The notes under the pieces: generated by a model | What the model was told of the DNA's origin: nothing | The model's input: the letters and a program-made list of their open reading frames with translations, nothing else | Database searches by the model: none | Translations under genes and position numbers: made by a program | DNA from: the human T2T-CHM13v2.0 reference genome, Homo sapiens | DNA length: 64,000 bases | Reading direction: 5' to 3' (one strand) | Assembly: GCF_009914755.1 (NCBI RefSeq) | Contig: NC_060940.1 | Part shown: positions 52,188 through 64,000 of the stretch, in pieces | Position numbering within the stretch: the stretch's first letter is position 1 | Layout: each line of letters opens with the position of its first letter

Positions 52188-52466
52188 GTATGATCTCGTG
52201 AAACCTTGAGAGAAACTGAATGACGAATGAAACTATTGTTCCTGTTTCACACAGAAGAAAACTGAGGTTAAAAGGGGTAAAGTAATTTTGCATGGCATGA
52301 AGTAGAAATTCAAAGTACAGGAATTTGAACTTGGTTCTGTCCTTTTCTGAAGCCCTTGACCACTATAGACTCAAACATCACCTTGTTTTTCCACTCATTC
52401 AACACTTTTTTTTTTAATTGTCTAATAGGTTGGCACTCATCATGAGCCCCTGTTCTCATTCTGCAA

Positions 52467-52586
52467 ATGGTGAAGCTCTCTATTGTCCTGACCCCACGGT
52501 TCCTGTCCCATGACCAGGGCCAGCTCACCAAGGAGCTGCAGCAGCACGTAAAGTCAGTGACATGCCCATGCGAGTACCTGAGGAAG
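52467..52586 (+). CDS. NPIPA3: NPIP alternative first coding exon (ACSM-derived), [40 protein letters not shown]; exon probably starts at 52429
   Basis: Recognised NPIP N-terminus; aag|gtgagt donor, phase 0; acceptor taatag| at 52428. Paralog name is inferred from adjacency to PLA2G10. Confidence 0.82.
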
Positions 52587-53499
52587 GTGAGTGAGTGCAG
52601 ACAGATGGGGCCTGGTGCCCTTGAGCAGTTCCCGGGTCTCAGCTGCCACACATCTCATAGCGGGTGATGCTGGGGGAAGCTTACGCAGTCTCAGTACTGG
52701 CTTCTTCCTCTTTTTCTTTCCATACAAGTGGCTTAGGGATGGGGTAGAGTAGTTGACTTATTTGGATGAAAACCACTATCTTCTGTCAGAAACTCAAAAG
52801 GAATCATTGCTGGCATGGTAACCTAAAGAAAAACAACCAGACAAGTGCCCAACGACACTTTAAAAGGTTATTTATTATCTTGCCAAGTTTAGGCTGGGCA
52901 TGGTGACTCATGCCTGTAATCCCAGCATTTTGGGAGGCTGAGGCTGGTGGATCACCAGAGGCCAGGACTTCGAGACCAGCCTGACCAATATGGCAAAACC
53001 TCGTCCCTATTAAAAATACAAAAATTAGCCGGGCATGGTGGTGTCAGCCTGTAGTCCCAGCTACTCAGGAGGCTGAGACAGGAGAATTGCTGAGATTCAG
53101 GAGGTGGAGGTTTTAGTGGGCCGAGATCACGCCATTGCACTCCAGACTGGGCGACAGAGCGAGACTCTGTCAAAAAAAAAAAAAAATTATCCTGCAAAAT
53201 TTGAAAAGGAAATTCAAATCAACAGCTTCTAAACTACTTTTTAACATGACTCATAATAAGAAATACATTCTACAGTACATATATATGTTCTATAATTTTG
53301 AATAAAAGAATTAACCACATCATATTTATTTTACAACATGTAATACATATTTTTTATTCTCCTTCATTTGTTTTGAATGCTCTGTGCAGTCTACAAAAAG
53401 TCCAGTAGTAATAATTAAATTATTCATTAAGTTGAACATTATCTTGTCTTTTAAAATGATAATCTCAAAAATGATCTTTTATTTTTGAGATTTATATAG

Positions 53500-53521
53500 A
53501 TACACACACACACACAGACAG

Positions 53522-53572
<51 letters not shown>

Positions 53573-53573
53573 T
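53500..53573 (+). repeat. Compound (CA)n(TA)n(T)n microsatellite
   Basis: Seen directly in the sequence. Confidence 0.92.
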
Positions 53574-53936
53574 GAGACAGAGTTTCACTCTGTCCCCCAG
53601 GCTGGAGTGCAATGGCACAATCTTGGCTCACTGCAACCTCCGTCTCCCGGGTTCAAGCAATTCCTCTGCCTCAGCCTCTGAGTAGCTGGGACTACAGGTG
53701 TGCACCACCATGCCCAGCTAATTTTTGTATTCTTAGCAGAGATGGGGTTTCACCATATTGGCCAGGCTCGTGTCAACCCCTAACCTCGTGATCCGCCTGC
53801 CTCAGCCTCCCAAAGTGCTGGGATTACAGGCGTGAGCCACCATGCCCAGCCAAATCTAGGGCTGGAACATGGCTGCAGCATATAAAAAGAATTGAATTCC
53901 ATACTTTTGTTAACCCTGTTTTTTGTTTGTTTGTAG

Positions 53937-54166
<230 letters not shown>

Positions 54167-55223
54167 TGATCCGCCCGCCTCAGCCTCCCAAAGTGCTGGG
54201 ATTACAGGCGTGAGCCACCACCCCCAGCCCCTGTTTTGCTTTTGTTTTGCTTGTTTCTTAGGGTTGTTTTTCTATTTATGGTAAAGGCATTGGCTTTCCA
54301 TTTGTAGCATCAATAGAATATTTCCTGTTTACAATAACCTTATGTCATAGTAAATGGTAAAGGGATTTAAAGCAGTGGTTTTCAGCTGCCAGAGGCCTGA
54401 GTGAGTTTGGGCACACTCTGTGTGATCGGGCAGAAGGCCTGTGGGAAGTTTAGCTGAGGACAGGGCCAGGAAAGGTGATGGACAGTGGGGGTCTGTCCTG
54501 GTCACCAGGCCCCTGGGTCCTGCCCACCTGCTTGGAGCTCCCCACCCATCACACATGATGCGGCCAAGCCCTCTGGCTATTGTGGGCAAATACCTTAGGA
54601 GAGAAGCTGATGAACTTTGTTTCTTGAAATGCACAGATTCCTTGGACGTCCCTGAGAGCTCAGTCATGAAAGTCAGCTTGGTTTTCTCCCCCTCATTTGG
54701 GTTCAGAATTTAAAGTCCACACACACGGGCAGTAAGATGATATAGATAAGGACATCATCACTCGGTTTTGGATGTTAAAATGTCTAGGTGGGTTAGGGGT
54801 GATTTGAGATCACACAACGTTGTGCCACAAAGAGGAATTCCCCGGCCAGAGGGAGACATTTTATTGCCATGTTATGATCTCATCATTGAGTTGAAAGGCA
54901 ATCTTGTTTCATTTTGGATTCTTTCTTATGTTTATGTCTTATAAGGGCACTTTGAATTTCCAAGCAAATAATAATTTTGAATTAGCTTTTAATCATTGAC
55001 TTCTAGCACAGTTTTATGATCAGAAACATGCTGTGTGATTTGATTGCTCTCAAATATATTGAGATTTGCTGGAACAAAATAAGTCAGGTTAATTTTTGTA
55101 AATGTACCATGCATGCTTAAAATGAATGTATGTACATTTGTTCCTGAGATACAGGTTGATGGACGGATGGCTACATGGATGTGATGGAGATGGTTTACTA
55201 TCGGGACCTTCCGCATCCTGCTG

Positions 55224-55286
55224 ATGTTTTGTTGCTTAGGATATGAATGGCTGAGCGGAGGCTGTAAAACCTGGCACTCTGCTTGG
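55224..55286 (+). CDS. NPIPA3: NPIP (NPIPA-type) first coding exon [21 protein letters not shown]
   Basis: Matches the canonical NPIPA N-terminus as I recall it; tgg|gtatga donor, phase 0. Confidence 0.85.
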
Positions 55287-55781
55287 GTATGAGGTTCTTC
55301 CTGCCATCCTGCCATCATTTGTTTTTTATGTTTTGTCGCCAAAAGTGACCTTGAGGAACCCTGGGAGCTCAGGAAGGAAGGAGCGCCCAGAAGCAGGGAC
55401 AGGGAGCTGGTTGGGGAGGACCAGAAGTCAGGTTTGTGAAGGTTCCAGAGAGGACCTGGCCTTGGGAGGAGCGTGGGGGACTGAGATGGGGGAGGGGTCA
55501 TTGGGATGATGCGGGCGCTACTTGGAATGTCCATTGTGAGGCACCACCGGGGTCATCAGGGATTGGTGGAGAGAGAGTCTAAAGCCCCAGGGTTGCTAAG
55601 GGAGGGCCCAGACCGAAGAAGGTTTGGTGGAAAGCAGAACCTTTGTCTCCCTCTAATTGCTCCTAAGCCTCACGCTCCCTTGCCCTGCCTGTCCTGTTGC
55701 TTCCCTGATCTTCTCCGTGACCTGTAGCTAAACCTTCCACCAGCGCTTGAGAACTTAATTTGAACCGGATCCTTTCCCAGA

Positions 55782-55940
55782 CCCCTTTCTTCTTCTCCTC
55801 CTCCTCCTCCCCAACAGCCCCCTTCTCCTCCTTTCCCTTCCCTTACTTCCCCCCTTCCCCTCCCCTTCCCCTCCCCCTCCCCTCCCCCTCCCCAACTCAG
55901 ATCCGGCCCCGGTCCCCGTCCCCTTCCCTCCCCCCTGCCC
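55782..55940 (+). repeat. Polypyrimidine (CCCCT/CCT)-rich tract upstream of the signal-peptide exon
   Basis: Seen directly in the sequence. Confidence 0.85.
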
Positions 55941-55996
55941 TAAGCCACCTCCACCTCTGTCCTGGCTGCCTCAGGGAGCCCTGAAAGGACCAGGAC

Positions 55997-56071
55997 ATGC
56001 GGGTGCGGTGGCTACTCTTTTGGCTCCTCTTTTGGCTCCTGCTGGGATTTATCAGCCATCAGTCCACCTGT
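55997..56071 (+). CDS. NPIPA3: NPIP alternative first coding exon, signal-peptide-like MRVRWLLFWLLFWLLLGFISHQSTC (second in-frame donor after 56140)
   Basis: ATG, basic n-region and hydrophobic core, |gtgagt donor in phase 0; resembles NPIP signal-peptide N-termini. Confidence 0.65.
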
Positions 56072-56149
56072 GTGAGTAGATGGGTGCTGTGGCTGCTCTT
56101 TTGGCTCCTGCTGGGATTTATCAGCCATCAGTCCACCTGTGTGAGTAGA
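56000..56149 (+). repeat. Two-copy tandem duplication (81 + 69 bp) of the NPIP signal-peptide exon, including its splice donor
   Basis: ctcttttggctcctgctgggatttatcagccatcagtccacctgtgtgagtaga occurs twice, 69 bp apart. Confidence 0.95.
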
Positions 56150-56745
56150 CGCTGGACCCGCGGGGTTTGTTCCTTTTTACTGGGCTGTGTCACGCGGCAT
56201 GAAATTACACAGCTCAGGCCTGTAATCCCAGCACTTTAGGGGGCCGAGGTGGGCAGATCACTTGAGTCCAGGAGTTGAAGACTAGCCAGGGCATCATAGC
56301 GAAACCCCATCTCTACAAAAAATTCCAAAAAAGATTAGTCGGGCCTGGTGGTGCGTACCTGTTATCCCAGTTACTGGAGAGGCTGAGGTGGGAGGATCGC
56401 TTGGGCCCAGGAGCTGGACGTTGCAGTGAGCCGAGATGGCCCCGCTGCACTCTTGTCTCCAACAGACAAAACGGACCAAAACAAAGTGAAATGTCATTTG
56501 ATTTGTGTCATCTGGTTTGATGACTTTTTTTTGTTTGTTTGTTTTTTAGACAGAGTCTCACTCTGTCGCCCAGGCTGGAGTGCAGTGGCAAGATCTCGGC
56601 TCACTGCAACCTCCGCTTCCGGGGTTCAAGCAATTGTCCTGCCTCAGCCTCCTGAGTAGCTCAGATTACAACGCCTGGCTAATTTTTGTATTTTTAGTAG
56701 ACACTGGGTTTCACCATGTTCGCCAGGATAGTCTCCATCTCTTGA

Positions 56746-57084
<339 letters not shown>

Positions 57085-57546
57085 TAGTAGAGATAGGGTT
57101 TCTCCATGTTGGTCAGGCTGGTTTTGAACTCCCGACCTCAGGTGATCCGCCCGCCTCGGCCTCCCAAAGTGTTGGGATTACAGGCGTGAACCACCGTGCC
57201 CAGCCAAGATCTACACTATTATGTCACCCCAGAAAGTGAACTCTCACTCTTCCCAGCCAGTCTCTTTCTTATCATAGGTTAGCTTGCTTATTCTGGAATT
57301 TCGCGTATACAGATGCATGCCATGCCATAGGTACTCTTTTGTGTCTGCTTTGTTCTGCTCAACACCATGTTTCTGAAATCATTACCATTGTTGTATGGTT
57401 CTCTAACTCCATCATTTCCATTTCAGACTCAGCATATGCTGAGTTCAACCTGTTGAAGGGCTATCTCTGTTTAATTCACCATCTTGAAAGAAACACTTAA
57501 AATTGAGATGTTTTCAAGAATATATAGTTAAATCCTGAGGAATTGA

Positions 57547-57897
<351 letters not shown>

Positions 57898-58387
57898 TAG
57901 GATGGTCTCAATCTCCTGATCTCACGGTCCACCCACCTTGGCTTCCCAAAGTGCTGGGATTGCAGGCGTAAGCCACCACGCCCGGCCCACCTTGTTAATT
58001 TTTAAGCACTAAAATTCGATACTTATTTGTGAATGAAGTAATCTCTTCATTGTATTTTTTTTTTTTTACTTATACTGAGCTTTAAATGACAAAGATTCAT
58101 GTAATCCAAGAGAGAAGTATTATTTAGAGGGATTCTTTTACCATGTGATATATAATAAATGCATCCAATGTTATACATCAATTTAAAAAACAAATAATTA
58201 AAGAAAAGATAACTACTGGCCAAGTGCAGTGGCTCACACCTGTATTCCCAGCACTTTGGGAGGCCGAGGCAGGTGGATCATGAGGTCAGGAGTTGGAGAC
58301 CAGCCTGGCCAAGATGGTGAAACCCTGTTTCTACTAAAAAGACAAAAATTAGCCGAGCGTGGTGGCAGGCGCCTGTAATCCCAGTTA

Positions 58388-59362
<975 letters not shown>

Positions 59363-59602
59363 CTTTATACCAAGAATGACAACACCCCACATTTGCAATG
59401 CCTAAAAACACTACCAGCCATCTGAAAAACATGAGACTTCTCTAACTTCTGTTCTTTTTTGTAGCAGTGGAATCCCATGGTGATATCTGAGGGATGTGGT
59501 TACCTTTTGGAGGAGGTTGACGGTTTCTAAGGATGATTCTTTCTGAGTGAAATATTGTCAGTGTCATTGACCTTTTCATTATTTCAACTATTATTATTCC
59601 AG

Positions 59603-59731
59603 GTTATCAATACTCTGGCTGACCATCGTCATCGTGGGACTGACTTTGGTGGAAGTCCTTGGTTACTTATCATTACTGTGTTTCTGAGAAGTTATAAATT
59701 TGCCATCTCCCTCTGCACAAGTTACCTTTGT
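59603..59731 (+). CDS. NPIPA3: NPIP exon [43 protein letters not shown]
   Basis: ttccag| and |gtgagt, 129 nt, phase 0/0; recognised NPIPA sequence. Confidence 0.92.
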
Positions 59732-60057
59732 GTGAGTATACTAACTTTCTGTAGAGGTATACTTGTAATCACAAATAAGAGTAAATTATATGAAACAATT
59801 CACGTTTCTGGACTTCATTGTGAATATGTGGTTTTACCCAAAAAATCAGGGAAATGATTTATTAGCATAAGAATTATGAAAATATCTGCCATTTACATTA
59901 TGAAAATTAAATAGGTCGGTGTTTAATAGAATGTCAACAGAGCTTTTGGTCAAAAATAAGTTTTTTTAACCTTTGTGCTATTTGTCACAAATGGAGTATG
60001 AGGTTTCGTCACTTAAATGGGAAAGTCTTTCTAAACTCTTCTGCTTTATAGTTCTAT

Positions 60058-60530
60058 CGTATGGGTGGAAGGAAAGCTTCCAATCTCCTCTCTGAAGATT
60101 CACTGCAGAAATGAGCTGACAACAGACAGCTTAACAGGAAAAGAAAAACATAGAACAGACATAAACATGGGAACCAGCTGAAAAATGAGACTGCTAGAAG
60201 GGCTGGATGGTTGATGCTTAAAGAGCACCCTCTTCTGAGGGGAGAGGGAGATAGATGGAGATGTAGGCCATTTAGAGGGGCAGCAAATGATTTTTAGGGG
60301 AAATGAAAGAGCCCAAGGAACAAACAGTTGGCCTGAGACAAAGTTCCTCGGAGGTCATAGGGACGAGGTGACAAACTGCCGGAAGGTGAAGGGCAGAACT
60401 GCACTGCGTCTCATGATGCAGAGAAAGCCCCAGAGAATCTCTTAGAACTGCCCTCCAAGAGAATCAATGAAAAGTGTGTCTGGGCAGGGTAATTTTGAAT
60501 GACATCATTCAAAGTGCATGTTCCCACTTG
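60058..60530. mobile_element. Probable old LTR fragment in an NPIP intron
   Basis: gagctgacaacagacagcttaacagg...gaagggctggatggttgatgctta resembles MER/LTR consensus text. Confidence 0.35.
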
Positions 60531-60903
60531 CAACTGGAGAGAGATCAGTATGTCAAAAGTCTGTACTTGGTAAGAATTTGGCTGCTAAGTTGTGCCATAA
60601 TTTGTCTTTTGAGCCTTTTATCCTTTGGGTAAGTTGAGCTCTACATTTTGTCTTGCCATTCATGACAGTAAAAATGTGGTTGTGTGGGGGCTGAACCTCC
60701 TTCTGAACAATGATCCAAGATAAAAGTACTAATACCACAATGCTTTTTGATATTCAAGGGAAGAGGAAGTATGTTTCAGTTTTACCGCCTAGATAATTAC
60801 ACGTCATTTGGCACTGCCTTTCAAGATATGTAGAAAACAGAAAATATATGAGTTATGAAGATATCTAGGCACATTTAACATTCTCTATGCCACTTAGTCC
60901 TGA

Positions 60904-61221
<318 letters not shown>

Positions 61222-61606
61222 TGAGCCACCACGTGAGCCAGGGGAAGTTTTTAAATTTACCACTTTTTAACAATTCCATTAGGAAAGTTCAGTTGAGCTA
61301 TTGGACTTGGACAACTTTGCACCTCTCATCTTTGTCCTTGTCATCTAGTCATCTATACCATTACCTCCTAAGCAGGGACATCATGGGTGCCATGAAGCAT
61401 TCATGTGTGATGGCATTTCTTTGCTTCTCATTTCTTCATGTGTTTGACATTTCTCCTAGCTCCAAACTGGGCCAGCTACCTTTCCTATGAAATCTAGCAG
61501 TAGCTGTGGGATAGACGTGGTTTCTCTTTTCATCTTTTTAGATTACCCATTGCTTCTCTCGAAATCCTAGTACATGATTTTTTTTTCATCCTATGTGCAG
61601 AAATCA

Positions 61607-61942
<336 letters not shown>

Positions 61943-62352
61943 TCAATGACTACCTCAGGAGATTCATAGGTATCTGACCCACATCTGAGATGGGATTTGC
62001 ATTGCATTTTAGCTATGATGAGAACAAATATTTAATATCTTAGAAGATTAAAAGCATACTGTGATAATATGGAAATCTTGGCGGGAATTCAGTCATTAGT
62101 GAGAATGTTTTGCGTTAAGTTCAAACCAGCCTCAACGAAGCTGATGTGAGGGAAGGGAAAGTGAACTCTGAGTAGAGCAGGGACAGAAGAAAGATGCTCC
62201 AGTGCAGATCAGGAAGGAGCAGGGGGTGAAATGTTACAAATTCTAGAACTCAGAGAGCTGAAGGTAATTAATTACTTCCTTTTCAAGTTGTGAAACATGT
62301 TAACCTGTGGTAAAATACTTACAAGATGATAATTACCATCTAACCGTGTTGA

Positions 62353-62672
<320 letters not shown>

Positions 62673-62714
62673 TGAGCTACCGCACCTGGCCTATTTTTTT
62701 TTTTTTTTTTTTGA

Positions 62715-62873
<159 letters not shown>

Positions 62874-63004
62874 TAGCAGAGACAGCGTTTCTCCATGTTG
62901 GTGAGGCTGGTCTCAAACTCCCGACCTCAGGTGATCCGCCTGCCTCGGCCTCCCAAAGTGCTGGGATTACAGGAGTGAGCCACCGTGCCAGCCTCATGTC
63001 ATTC

Positions 63005-63006
<2 letters not shown>

Positions 63007-63052
<46 letters not shown>
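63007..63052 (+). repeat. (TG)n microsatellite at an Alu tail
   Basis: Seen directly in the sequence. Confidence 0.95.
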
Positions 63053-63053
<1 letters not shown>

Positions 63054-63355
63054 CAGAGTCTCATTCTGTCGCTCAGGCTGGAGTGCAGTGGTGTGATCTC
63101 GGCTCACTGCAAACTCTGCCTCCCAGCTTCAAATGGTTCTCTGCCTCAGCCTCCCGAGTAGCTCGGATTACAGGCGCCCACTGCCATGCCCGGCTAATTT
63201 TTGTATTTTTAGTAGAGACGGGGTTTCACCATCTTGGCCAGGCTGGTCTTGAACTCCTGACCCCGTGATCCACCCTGCCTCGGCCTCCCAAAGTACTGGG
63301 ATTATACGCATGAGCCACCGTGCCCAGCCGTCATTCTTATATTATTATTTCCTAG

Positions 63356-63455
63356 GTGTCTTTCCTGAAGACTATCTTCCCGTCTCAAAATGGACATGAT
63401 GGATCCACGGATGTACAGCAGAGAGCCAGGAGGTCCAACCGCCGTAGACAGGAAG
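63356..63455 (+). CDS. NPIPA3: NPIP exon [33 protein letters not shown](G)
   Basis: cctag| and |gtatgg, 100 nt, phase 0/1. Confidence 0.92.
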
Positions 63456-63618
63456 GTATGGCTCTGTTGGAGTCCCCATAGTGTGGAAATGAGTTTGCCC
63501 TGGAAAGGGAAAGAACAGCTTCTTGCCCTCAGGTTTCTCACCTTCTCCTCTCCTCACTCTCACCAAGGGCTGAGGTCCGTTTGTATGCACACAAAGAAAA
63601 GAGTTTCTTCCTTTCCAG

Positions 63619-63763
63619 GAATTAAAATTGTCCTGGAAGACATCTTTACTTTATGGAGACAGGTGGAAACCAAAGTTCGAGCTAAAATCTGTAAGATGAA
63701 GGTGACAACAAAAGTCAACCGTCATGACAAAATCAATGGAAAGAGGAAGACCGCCAAAGAACA
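63619..63763 (+). CDS. NPIPA3: NPIP exon (G)[28 protein letters not shown]...KTAKE(H); gene continues beyond the window
   Basis: ttccag| and |gtaaga, 145 nt, phase 1/2. Confidence 0.92.
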
Positions 63764-64000
63764 GTAAGATGTGCCTTGACACAAATACTGTTGTATGAAC
63801 CATGTGCCAATCAAAGTAGACAACTGTAAAGTCCTTGAGAATATTTTCTACAATATTTGTGGCAAATTCAGTGGGTTCAAAATTGAGTTTGTCCTTTCTG
63901 CTTCATTAGTTTAAGCTGTATAATTCCTTTCCCTTCCTACATTCTTGTTTGTCATTTTTTCAGGGGAAGAGGAGTTGCTAGTACTGGCATTGGTTTTCCT

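Noticed and set aside
52780-52835. Possible remnant of the last ACSM exon (gaaactcaaaaggaatcattgctggcatggta against ELPKTITGKI)
   Set aside because: Position fits, but similarity is too weak and there is no clear acceptor; needs a real alignment

Overview
Alu-dense primate genomic DNA, recognisable as human chr16p13.1. Three known loci are present. (1) The last three coding exons and 3'UTR of BFAR (+). (2) The complete four-exon PLA2G10 gene (-); the spliced CDS is 498 nt = 165 aa + stop, and it lies tail-to-tail with BFAR. (3) The 5' part of an NPIP/'morpheus' (LCR16a) gene (+), by position probably NPIPA3, running off the right edge. The most interesting region is 46.4-56.2 kb, a mosaic of borrowed parts upstream of the NPIP core exons. 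A PAWR (Par-4) retrocopy on the minus strand forms a CpG island, keeps a strong-Kozak 186-aa ORF, and sits next to a plus-strand splice donor. Two consecutive ACSM (acyl-CoA synthetase) exons follow: one is decayed, and the other is reused as an NPIP first coding exon whose old splice acceptor became the ATG. Three interchangeable phase-0 first coding exons exist, one a tandemly duplicated signal-peptide-like exon. The rest is Alus, L1 fragments, solo LTRs/ERV pieces, microsatellites and several short templated-insertion scars. Gene and repeat identities come from my recall of the sequences, not from database searches. Most ORFs in the supplied track are Alu artefacts.
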